Source: Vulcanimicrobiota bacterium (lineage in GTDB: Bacteria; Vulcanimicrobiota; Vulcanimicrobiia; Vulcanimicrobiales; Vulcanimicrobiaceae). From it: 64,000 bases of DNA. The DNA lies in assembly GCA_963733295.1 (NCBI GenBank), contig CAVTCS010000005.1, positions 1-64,000 of the forward strand, written 5' to 3'. The translations under genes were made by a program, and so were the position numbers. This document shows positions 32,401-39,282 of the stretch, in pieces (position 1 is the first letter of the stretch; each line of letters opens with the position of its first letter). Under the pieces are notes generated by a model that was not told the origin of the DNA, searched no databases, and saw only the letters and a program-made list of their open reading frames with translations.

Positions 32401-33293
32401 TAGTGCGCGCGCGTGAGGTGCCGCTGCGCGCCGGGTGCGAGGCCCTCGCCGGCTTTCTCCCAGATGCGTGACAGACAGTGCTGCAAAACCGGCAACTGGT
32501 CGAGCTCGACACCGAGATCGCTGACGAGCAGCTGGACGAGTTCGGGCTCGATGGTCGCACCGGCTTTCTCGATCGGCCCGCGGATCGCTTGGACGCGCTC
32601 GGCGCGCTTGAGCCCGGGGGTGAGAAACTGTCCCGCGCTCACCGCTTCCGGTAGCTCGTCGAAACGCGCGCAATCGCCGATGAAATCGGAGCGCATCGTC
32701 AGCAGCACGAAAATGTTTTCGGCGCGGGTGCGCGCGCCCTCGAGTAACAATTGCACGAAGAAAGTCGCTTCGTCGCGCAGCAGCGAGCGAGTCAGCGCGC
32801 CTTCGCCCTCATCGCTCGCTCCGAAGCGGAAGATCTCTTCGAACTGATCGACGACGAGCAACAGCGTGCCGCCTTCGAGTTCGGGCGACTCCTTCAAGGC
32901 GCGGCTCAAGCCGAGACGCGAACGCCGCAGTTCGGCGTTGATTTTCTCGAAGCGCGTCGCGCGGGCAGCTTCGTCGGCGCTCGCGTGCGTGTGCCGCGAA
33001 AGCGCTTCGGCGAGATTCGCGACCGGATGGTCGCCCGGCGTCATCACGGCAACGCGCCACTTGCGGCCGGCCTCGTCTTCGCTCTCCTGTTGGAGCAGTG
33101 GGAGCAGACCGGCGCGCACGAGCGAGGATTTCCCGCTGCCCGAACTACCGATGACGGCGATCAAGTGCGACATCTCGAGCAAGCCGTAGAGCGACGAGAC
33201 GTGCTCGTTTCGCCCGAAGAAATACGGGGCGTCCCCGTAGTCGAACGGCCGCAGTCCCGGGAAGGGATGCTCTGCAGAAAGGAAGAGCGTCAC
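26460..33293 (-). CDS. nSTAND1 NTPase - coiled coil - TM - multiple WD40 propellers (2277 aa)
   Basis: HPFPGLRPF..FFGR, GSSGSGKSSLVRAG, LLLVVDQFEEIF, TMRSDF, LPVLQHCL, VVHEALLRRW; TM FAGLMALLFLFAAGVAAYAAL; many FSPDG/..W repeats. Confidence 0.92.
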   Translation of the reverse strand: MTLFLSAEHPFPGLRPFDYGDAPYFFGRNEHVSSLYGLLEMSHLIAVIGSSGSGKSSLVRAGLLPLLQQESEDEAGRKWRVAVMTPGDHPVANLAEALSRHTHASADEAARATRFEKINAELRRSRLGLSRALKESPELEGGTLLLVVDQFEEIFRFGASDEGEGALTRSLLRDEATFFVQLLLEGARTRAENIFVLLTMRSDFIGDCARFDELPEAVSAGQFLTPGLKRAERVQAIRGPIEKAGATIEPELVQLLVSDLGVELDQLPVLQHCLSRIWEKAGEGLAPGAQRHLTRAHYDAVDRLSGALSQHANQISAELPGLDLAVEQVFRALSERDKEGRATRRALPLEQLEDEAGVSRADLLKVINRFRADDCSFILPSPERVPELAASTRIDVVHEALLRRWTKISSEAESVGGGKEGWLAAEDEDGRIFRALRDLTTSAKGGDILPAEQVDARVKWWHARPRTVAWCKRYGGGYTLVEDLLARSLKNKADVESARAAAAERDRQRETAERERAEKDRLDAERRERERLESEAKFARMQSEAAQRETENAQKLALAARSFANRTRAFAGLMALLFLFAAGVAAYAALENRKLAAAEVAARAAESNAKGAEQKAVASEQKAVASEKKAVASEKKARGEERVAKSEAHEAQVARAAAAKAAVAAALSAEHANEQAKLARQNEAVANAATKLADSQTKLARTNLQAANTAKDRADYQATLAKKNEAEARDSQRLAFKAAGLAAVDALRSGQNASAVDAAILLAAAYGANPAGRPEDQETYDALKEALRRLPVSVHAHDTAVDALAVSPAGYGPFVATATGSSPVRLWDRSGRLLHVFTDQDNVSAVAFSPRQPALVTASVNKLVLRPLTGMKMASAPPPVPLQGLETGSTTVLRFSRDGGKVLAAGDSGLVVSPVAAAGKPCSVRGPVEDALFSHNGQSVVASMQGGGLTVVDLTNCTATHKLLASNQLALLAGAANAPLVVAADGNSVYAYNTETQKLEKLGDAGGSIADISVDRGGDEAVAVLKNGETVLIGNGGKTRAIGSGPAAFAKFSPVNESVAVVGPNGTVEFANTSGGAASGERTPRERPRVVRFSPDGSTLAVGDVAGNLVLWQAAPAASASEPSKVAPIAAISLDATGRHAVSRSGSLGENRVQVWSLQNGIPTAEGAPLAVTSDPGTRVVAARLDADGQRLVTAAGSSVKIWSLDANGRPKTAPVTIAAAKTGEYFSDASFATFFSQPVVVGSERAPYGKSADFADQWWAAWKLDGTQLLREESEQTEIQSLEVSHDAESVVAFSNDSVTYTRIVGATTDTWFAPSGGGQLTGAAAGNGRLYATGDSRGRVAVYSYPYNRVVFETSTGSGRINALRFSDDNNWLASAGANGDVYVWEVESGTRQARFSAGSSVKEVAFSPNGSDFVLTLTEDGRAQLWGRESQRAIAALPAPGIKVSTAAFSADGSTVVLGGEDGRIYARTLGVTNLPKKEDTARLVLDSTGIRNKRPAELSALICQAAARVMSDAKEAPNPFADCLGGTVGRGLQALNARNAPAMAASNLLPEYLFGGNDGGGASLRVPVGSLIARFTGMTSTLAGSTGDLDSLTFVDGGKEIVAGGDDNRAVAWDVRSGSVVMSDRFDDVASVIAEHDGPLAFVRRYGDTNLRAWNLATRTKPYTMRAPAGRIWGYATISPDDRVLATVSHDTDTAKYFLNLWKTADGKPLAGRSEYPLADSPTTIADNGRLVALGYYGKAELIERGTGKRVSLNFAPLGSLDKDVGNVDRIRVRAADDTIVTLRAKKLIEVWDKDRPQRPVRALDDEGNVASIALAERGNLVAISGDDGVDVWDFRTGKTKFRESGEGRADLALFSRDGKLLFEVRTKRSVIVRSVDDWRVLGRITTDVDQVAIPSAADTIATSVGGGDVNLWQVAAVKPLSLSFDAPATRDAREVGFDDIRLSADGSRLLAVTTGAGNALLWDVSDPSQHPWVLPIGAPVSNGSRATFLRDPVRLSVVSSTLCGKDRHVATFDLRRHMQCSSVLVGDNWTRSPSGRFLAWTSGKKLAVLDLQNGSVTEFPTANVPDRIAFGTSDDVLIYGSASEAKIVTREGRELFSPAGDARQIKAALSRDHRRLLVFGGEADTATLWDVSTPGHPTDIQTLLPPGSGIDFAMFSPSDDLIVARDRYGRISLWSGSGEPRTFLGSPDTRVESIQFSDDGAYLVAQTNHGAEVWDRFGRALVTLPYSEIQRIATAANEIAVARDRSVQVYSLQEPTPGSAQNLRVRLALTLK
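31384..31459 (-). repeat. 21-bp tandem repeat (about 3.5 units) encoding E(Q/K)KAVAS heptads
   Basis: gccttcttctcggaggccac repeated with minor variants. Confidence 0.85.
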
Positions 33294-33303
33294 GGCGCCA
33301 TCG

Positions 33304-34854
33304 CTATTCGGCGGTCCCTCGCAACTCGAAGACCTCGCGCAGACGATCGAGCGATATCCAGTCCGCAGTCAAATCGGCGACGACGTCGATCTCGTCTTTC
33401 GGGCGCGCCTTTTTCCGGATCTCCTTGTCTAGGCGCGGCTCGGGCCCTAGAACGAGAACCCGCAGCGGCAGTTCTTGATCGCGCACCCTCGACAAGTACT
33501 CAGGATTGAGGTACTGGCTCCACTTCTTTTCGACGCGTCCCTCGTGGACTTGTCCCCACAGCACGACGACCGCGTCGCATTTCATCAACTCTTTCTTCGT
33601 GCTGCTCGTGATCTCTTGAGTCGTGCCGGTCTGCGTCGGCACGCGCGGATCGAGATTGAGCGCTTGCAGCGCATCGATCAACTCGCTGAGATACGGCGCG
33701 TCCTCGTTGGCATTGAGGATGCAGACTTTGTCGCCCTTGCCGACGGCGCCCGGCTGATGGATCAGCCGCACCTTGGCTAGCTCTTGCTTGACGATGTCGC
33801 TAAAACTGCTCGCCTCGCTGCCGTCGACGATATCTTGCGGCGGCAGCGGCAGGTCGCCGCCCTGAAAGAGGCGCAGCGCATCGTTCGGTTCGCGGTTGCT
33901 GAAGTAGGGAATCCCGTCGCTGTCTTCGAGCACTTTGGGGGCCCAAATCAACCGCTTGAAATCGGCCGCGACCGCGCCGTTGCCGCCTCCCGGCTTGACG
34001 GCCTCCAGCAGCTGCATTCGGATGAGGCTGATAACTTTGGGCAAGCCGCCGCGTTCGGCGATGACCGACTGTTCGGGATACCGGCCCAGCAAGTGAATCG
34101 ACATCTTGGAACGATCGAGCATGCCGCGCACGGACTGCTCGACGCTCGGGTCGCTCAGGTCGGCGTCGCGGGCCGGTACGACCTCGTAGTTCGAGCCGCT
34201 TATCTCGTCGTAGAGCCGGTTATAGACCGCCTGCAGATCGCCGCTCGTCTTGGCGAGATAGACCGTCCCGCGCGAATTCTTAGGAGGAGCGGCGGCGGCA
34301 ACGGCGGCCGGCCGTTGCCCCTTGCGATGCGCGCGTTCGGCAATATCCCGGGCCAACTCGTTGAGCAGGTCCATGTAGTCGGTGCTGTATTTCGCGACGC
34401 GGAAGTACTCGAGCTGAGCTTCTTCGGGTTGACCCTTCTCTAAATGATAGAAGCGGTAACTATCCTGACGCTGGAGCAGCTCCGGGCGCTTTTCATCGAC
34501 GACGTAGCGCTTGCTCACGACGACGATCCGCTCTTTGGGTTTCGTGTCCCCTTCGCGCCGGCGATGTTCGGCGAAACGGGTGAGCTCCTTTTGACAATTC
34601 TCGGATTTCATCCAGTTCGGCGAAAGCACGACCAGCAAGAGATCGGAGCGTTTCAGGCCTTCGTCGATCTTGTCATCGAACTGCTCGCTCTTCTTGATGT
34701 CGCTCTGGTCGAACCAGAATTTGACGTCGGCGTTCATTTCCTCCAGCTGCTGCTGCAAGCGCTCCCATAGGAGCGTGACGAAACCGTCGTCTTTTGCGAC
34801 CCCCGGCGTGGAGGCGTTGTCGATTCGGGCGTACGATACGAAGATCTCGAACAC
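33304..34854 (-). CDS. TIR-domain protein followed by two further TIR/DUF4062-like folds
   Basis: IFVSYARID, FWFDQ, LLVVLSPNWMKSENCQKEL (catalytic Glu position intact); TVYLAKTS..L...SIHLLG; CDAVVVLWG. Confidence 0.85.
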   Translation of the reverse strand: MFEIFVSYARIDNASTPGVAKDDGFVTLLWERLQQQLEEMNADVKFWFDQSDIKKSEQFDDKIDEGLKRSDLLLVVLSPNWMKSENCQKELTRFAEHRRREGDTKPKERIVVVSKRYVVDEKRPELLQRQDSYRFYHLEKGQPEEAQLEYFRVAKYSTDYMDLLNELARDIAERAHRKGQRPAAVAAAAPPKNSRGTVYLAKTSGDLQAVYNRLYDEISGSNYEVVPARDADLSDPSVEQSVRGMLDRSKMSIHLLGRYPEQSVIAERGGLPKVISLIRMQLLEAVKPGGGNGAVAADFKRLIWAPKVLEDSDGIPYFSNREPNDALRLFQGGDLPLPPQDIVDGSEASSFSDIVKQELAKVRLIHQPGAVGKGDKVCILNANEDAPYLSELIDALQALNLDPRVPTQTGTTQEITSSTKKELMKCDAVVVLWGQVHEGRVEKKWSQYLNPEYLSRVRDQELPLRVLVLGPEPRLDKEIRKKARPKDEIDVVADLTADWISLDRLREVFELRGTAE

Positions 34855-34865
34855 GAAAGCCTCGC

Positions 34866-36209
34866 CTACGCTTTCGCGACCGCTTCGGCGGGCTCGGCGA
34901 GATTCTTCAACTCAGCGTACAGCGAGCGAAGCTCGGGCTCGGACTCGTCGGAAGCGAAAGCCAGCGCCTTTTCAAGATCGGGCAGCAGCGCGTGGAGATG
35001 AAAGGCGCTCGGTCCGTCGGCCCTGATCTCGTCGACCAGGTCGCGGGCTCGATCGGTATCGCCCGCGTCGAAAGCGGCCGCCAAGAGCGTCGGATTGAGC
35101 CAAGCGTCCTTGACCCTGCGGCGGCGTGCGCGCTCGCAGGCGACCGCGGTCAGCGATGCTGCGACGACCGCTTTCTCCGCGTCCCCTTTTCGATTGCGTG
35201 CCCGGTAGAGCCGCGGCAAATTGGAAATCGGGAAATAGTCGTTGAGGTCCAAATACATGCCGGCTTCATAGGCTCGAATGGCCCGATCGAGATGCTCCGG
35301 CTTGCCGGTGGCGTTCCAAAGTTTCTTGTAGCGTCCGCCCAACAGACCTTGGCGCTCCGATGAGTCCCCCTCGAGCTTGATGAGTTCCTCGATCGCCGCG
35401 ATCGCTTTGAGATGGTCGCCGCCCTTCGAAAGCGCAAGCGCCTGCTGTTCCTTCACGAACGCGAGCGTGCGCATCGAGGCGGGCAGGTGTTCCACGAAAC
35501 TCAGCAACTCGGACCAGTTCTCGGAATCCCGCAAGAGGATGAGAAGTTCGAGCGCGACCGAGGTCTGGACCGGTCCCCTCGAGTACTCGCCCGCGATCTG
35601 CAGCGCATGCTGCTTGAACGCTTCCTTCGTTCCGGCGCGTACTTCGGCGATCTTCGCTTGAAAGGCCGACAGCTCTTCGAGCCGCTCCCGGAATCTCGAG
35701 GCGCGCGCATCGTAACTGCCCGGAAAACCCGGCAGCGCTTCGTAAAAGGGAGACTCGCCGGCGGCATGGACGGGAATCGCTTCGAGCAAGAGGCTCCGGA
35801 TTTGCGCGGCGTGTTCGTCGCTCACGCTCGCGTCATTCAAAGGATAGCGCACCTGCCGCATCGAGCCGAGGTCGAAGGCCGGCTGCGCCCACTCGGCGGC
35901 GAGCATTACGCACCCGCGCGGCGAAACCGCGTGCCGGATGCCTAGCTCGTAGTAGACGTTGGCGTTTGCGATCGTGACGTCCGCGATCACGAGATCGGAT
36001 ACGGCGAGCCGCTCGATCATCTCTCCGATGATGTTGGAGCCGATGTCTTCATCGGCACGCACGGGAAGGTAGCCGAGATCCTGAAGTGCGGGCTGAAACG
36101 CAGCCTGCCAGAGACGGTCGAAATCAATTTCGGCCGGCGCGTCTGCCACCGCATTTGTCGGTTTTTTTCCGTACGGCATAACGGCGAAGCAGATGGGCTT
36201 GACTAACAA
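34866..36209 (-). CDS. Deoxyribosyltransferase/deoxyribohydrolase-like domain + MAP3K TRAF-binding (TPR-S) domain
   Basis: CFAVMPYG, PVRADED, DLVIADVTIANANVYYELGIRHA, PAFDL; SERQGLLGGRYK, YPxxN-like YFPISNL, W..PTLL; GGAG RBS before TTG at 36209. Confidence 0.85.
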   Translation of the reverse strand: MLVKPICFAVMPYGKKPTNAVADAPAEIDFDRLWQAAFQPALQDLGYLPVRADEDIGSNIIGEMIERLAVSDLVIADVTIANANVYYELGIRHAVSPRGCVMLAAEWAQPAFDLGSMRQVRYPLNDASVSDEHAAQIRSLLLEAIPVHAAGESPFYEALPGFPGSYDARASRFRERLEELSAFQAKIAEVRAGTKEAFKQHALQIAGEYSRGPVQTSVALELLILLRDSENWSELLSFVEHLPASMRTLAFVKEQQALALSKGGDHLKAIAAIEELIKLEGDSSERQGLLGGRYKKLWNATGKPEHLDRAIRAYEAGMYLDLNDYFPISNLPRLYRARNRKGDAEKAVVAASLTAVACERARRRRVKDAWLNPTLLAAAFDAGDTDRARDLVDEIRADGPSAFHLHALLPDLEKALAFASDESEPELRSLYAELKNLAEPAEAVAKA

Positions 36210-36320
36210 TGGCGCCCTCTCCAACGGGAACGGCGGGGCCGTTCCGATAGCTCGGCCTTTTCCCGGAACTGCCAAGGCTCGCCTGCGCTTGGGGAACGCC
36301 CGACTGTCACACGCGAAAGC

Positions 36321-36875
36321 TCAGCCGCCCTCTAAGATTCCGATCGCGTTGACGGGAATGCCGCGGCGCTCGGCGGCGAGGGCGAAGTGCGCGGTGAGAT
36401 CGTGACCGGTTTGCAGGACGCTGTCCCAGACGACGAGCGCTTCGGTCTTTGCGCCTCCGGCCGCCGCGGTGGATAAAGCATCGTCGAGGATCGCCTCGTT
36501 GGTGCTTTCGAAGACGTTCGGGTCGTCCGGATTCAAGCTCAAAACGGTCAAATCGTTTGCTGCCTCTGCCTCACGTACGAAGCGGTCGAAAAGCTCGCCC
36601 CACGGATATGCTCCCGGCCGATCGACGACCGAACGTGCGCGGAAGAGTTCGATCGCGAAGGGCAGCACGACGCGGCGCCGCAAGCGCAGCTCCGCAGCTG
36701 CCGACAGCGCCAGCAGATCGGCGCCGCAGGCAGCGGCGCAGACGAGGACGCGTATCCCGCCCGCCTCGAGCCGTTCCCGGATCCGGCGCCTGACCGCTCC
36801 GATGCGACCGGCGGGAAAGCGCGGAATCTTCGGATTGGGGGCATCGATGCGGCGGCCCGCAAGCGCTGCGATCAT
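36321..36875 (-). CDS. Stand-alone SLOG-fold protein
   Basis: ALAGRRIDAP...RFP, AACGADLL, VVLPF, ALVVWD....T..F; ATGA overlap with patatin. Confidence 0.75.
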   Translation of the reverse strand: MIAALAGRRIDAPNPKIPRFPAGRIGAVRRRIRERLEAGGIRVLVCAAACGADLLALSAAAELRLRRRVVLPFAIELFRARSVVDRPGAYPWGELFDRFVREAEAANDLTVLSLNPDDPNVFESTNEAILDDALSTAAAGGAKTEALVVWDSVLQTGHDLTAHFALAAERRGIPVNAIGILEGG

Positions 36876-38059
36876 GTGACTGCGAGCGACGGATCGAATG
36901 CGCCGAAATGCGCGAGATCCAATTTCTTCGCATAAGCTCGTCCGACTTCTTGAAGCGCGCCGACGTGCTTGCCGCTTACGAGCGGTAGCACTTCTTCCGG
37001 CTTGATGCTCGGAAAGAGCCCCAGCTCGGTAAGTCCCGCTTCGGTGAGTTTCGGATCGTAGCGGACGTAGGTGAAGTCTTTCGCTCGCGACGGCGTTCGC
37101 GTCGAAAGCGGCTCGATAAGGTCGCCGATCTCGGAGTCGAGCGGCTCGCCGAAGAGACAGCGCCCCACGATCCGGCACAGTTTGTCGGCTTCAACGGTCG
37201 CCGAATAGATCAATGCTCCCGGGACCTGTCGCGCGCTATAAAGCAGCGTCATCTGAGAAGCCTTGAGTTCCCTTTTGGCGTCGGGGATGGATCCGGTACC
37301 GATCGAAACGAGCAGCAGACGATCTTCGCCCCGCTCCCAGCGAAGTTGGAACTCGTCGAGCGTCGCCATCACGTAGAGCAGAAACGAAGGGTTGTTGTAC
37401 GGCGTCACCGCGCCGTCGACGAACACGAACGTCTCGGGCCCGACGACGACTCGTTCCGGAGGAAAGTACGTCGGCGCGGCGGTGCTGGCCCGAACGAGTT
37501 GCCAGAGTGGAAGGAACAGGTTGTTCCCGTCTTGCTCCGTTCCCCGGTTGTACTTCGCTTTCGGATTATTCGACAGCGGCCACGGCGAATCGGTGTTGCA
37601 GTTGTACATGTTGAGCAGCAACAGCGTCTTGAGTTCGCGGACGTTCGACACGCCCGTTTGCGGAAGCCCGGGATCGCCGAGCCTGGTTTCGCCCAGATGC
37701 TCGCGCAGCGCCGCCGTCAGCCCGGTGGCGCGATAGCGATAGCGCCACTGTGAGAAAAACGGTGCGGGCTTCAACATGACGCGAGCTCCGAGCTCGTAGA
37801 GGTTCCGGATCTCCTCGATCGTCATGCCGAGCGCGACGCCCGCGGCGATAATCGCCCCCGTACTCGTTCCGCCGACGTAGTCGAAATAATCCGACAGTCG
37901 CAGATCGTCGTCGTCGTACGCCTTGCGTAACAGCTCCTGGAGACGAGCCAGGATTTCGATGCTGATAAGGCCGCGGATTCCGCCGCCGTCGATCGTTAAG
38001 AGACGCTTCGGGCCGGCCGAATCGACGCGCTCGAGATAATTCTTGTACTTTCTCAGCAC
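36872..38059 (-). CDS. Patatin-like phospholipase
   Basis: LTIDGGGIRG, GGTSTG (GxSxG), RASTAAPTYF, FVDGA, SIGTG. Confidence 0.95.
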   Translation of the reverse strand: MLRKYKNYLERVDSAGPKRLLTIDGGGIRGLISIEILARLQELLRKAYDDDDLRLSDYFDYVGGTSTGAIIAAGVALGMTIEEIRNLYELGARVMLKPAPFFSQWRYRYRATGLTAALREHLGETRLGDPGLPQTGVSNVRELKTLLLLNMYNCNTDSPWPLSNNPKAKYNRGTEQDGNNLFLPLWQLVRASTAAPTYFPPERVVVGPETFVFVDGAVTPYNNPSFLLYVMATLDEFQLRWERGEDRLLLVSIGTGSIPDAKRELKASQMTLLYSARQVPGALIYSATVEADKLCRIVGRCLFGEPLDSEIGDLIEPLSTRTPSRAKDFTYVRYDPKLTEAGLTELGLFPSIKPEEVLPLVSGKHVGALQEVGRAYAKKLDLAHFGAFDPSLAVT

Positions 38060-38073
38060 GATCCCGACTGCAG

Positions 38074-39018
38074 CTACTTCAGCAAGTCACAGGGAGGGGG
38101 CGGCCCAGTTGGATTCACGGCTTTTTGCTGTTTGCAATACGCTTGAAAGCTGTCGAGAAATTGGTGCGCGGCGTCCTCGGCGGCATGCAGCGTGAGATGA
38201 TTGACGTCGCTTTCCCTCCCGAAGTTCAGGGATGCGGCGGCCACCGAGCTCGTGACGCTGTTTTGGAGATTGGCCGTGCCGCTCGGGTTGAAGACCGACG
38301 ACGAAAGGTTTTGGAACTGCGACGTTTCTCCGCTCTTGGGAATGGGGCTCGTCACGGGAAAAACCCTGGTGGTCGTGTTTTGATAGGTGCGTTGCGCGGC
38401 GAACGCGAGATAGACGGACGTCAAAACCGCGAACGGCAAGAACTGAATTTTCGAACGCCCATATTCACCGGTGGACGTCTGCGCCACCCACTCAACGCCG
38501 GGCGTCGATAAGGCGGACGGCGCCGGGCCCGAATCCGCAGACCGATTTCCGCCCTGATTGCACTCGGAGATCATCGCATTGAACTCGACGCTGACCGAGT
38601 CGATGAGGAACACGAGATAGTCGTACTTCTTGCCTCCCGATGCGGGCGGAAGCACGATGAACGCTCCGCGTGCCATCGGATCTTCCTGGCACTGCCGGAT
38701 GTAGTCCGAGAGTTGCCAGTCGCCCTCGGGCACGACTGGAAAGGTTAGTTCCGGCCCTAATTTCTTGGCCATCGACGTGGCGACTTTGGCATTCATCGCC
38801 TCGTCTTTCCCGAGCACGAGCACGAAAACGACCGGCGTGCGGAACTTGAGGATATCGGGCGGCTTATTTTCCTTCGGCGGCGCCAGCTGAATGACGTAGG
38901 GCTGGTGCTGCGGGTTCGGCGAGCCTGACACCGGAGCTGTGACTTGGGCGACCGCATTCGGGCCGCTCGATAGGGTCAACACCCCTAACATTGCGACGAC
39001 CGCGAGAACCACACGCAT
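38074..39018 (-). CDS. Secreted/membrane hypothetical protein heading the patatin-STAND operon
   Basis: Signal peptide (NAVA|Q), internal hydrophobic FLPFAVLTSVYLAFAA, 14-nt gap to patatin. Confidence 0.65.
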   Translation of the reverse strand: MRVVLAVVAMLGVLTLSSGPNAVAQVTAPVSGSPNPQHQPYVIQLAPPKENKPPDILKFRTPVVFVLVLGKDEAMNAKVATSMAKKLGPELTFPVVPEGDWQLSDYIRQCQEDPMARGAFIVLPPASGGKKYDYLVFLIDSVSVEFNAMISECNQGGNRSADSGPAPSALSTPGVEWVAQTSTGEYGRSKIQFLPFAVLTSVYLAFAAQRTYQNTTTRVFPVTSPIPKSGETSQFQNLSSSVFNPSGTANLQNSVTSSVAAASLNFGRESDVNHLTLHAAEDAAHQFLDSFQAYCKQQKAVNPTGPPPPCDLLK

Positions 39019-39282
39019 CGCAGGCTCCGATCTCAAACGTCGTTAGGGCGATGCCTCTTAGGTATCGCCGAAGGACGCGACCGTTAGCGCCGGTCACCTG
39101 CGTCTCCTGCGCGCGAGCAACGCTCTCGCGAAACGTGACGACGAAGCGGCACAAAAGACCCCCAATACGGGGGGCATCCGCGACCCGACCGCTCCCATAC
39201 CGGCCGCCGGAACCGAGGCAGGGGTCTCGCCTTGCGCTTGCGCAGTGATGAACGAACTCAGTTGCAACACAGTGGATCCGAA

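Noticed and set aside
33304..36875. Thoeris call from TIR + SLOG
   Set aside because: No SIR2 or Macro-domain ThsA; the architecture and gene set differ.
36876..37178. 285-aa version of the SLOG ORF
   Set aside because: The extension overlaps patatin out of frame; the ATGA overlap sets the start at 36875.
36872..38059. CBASS call based on the CapV-like patatin
   Set aside because: No CD-NTase (cGAS/DncV-like) ORF recognisable in the window.
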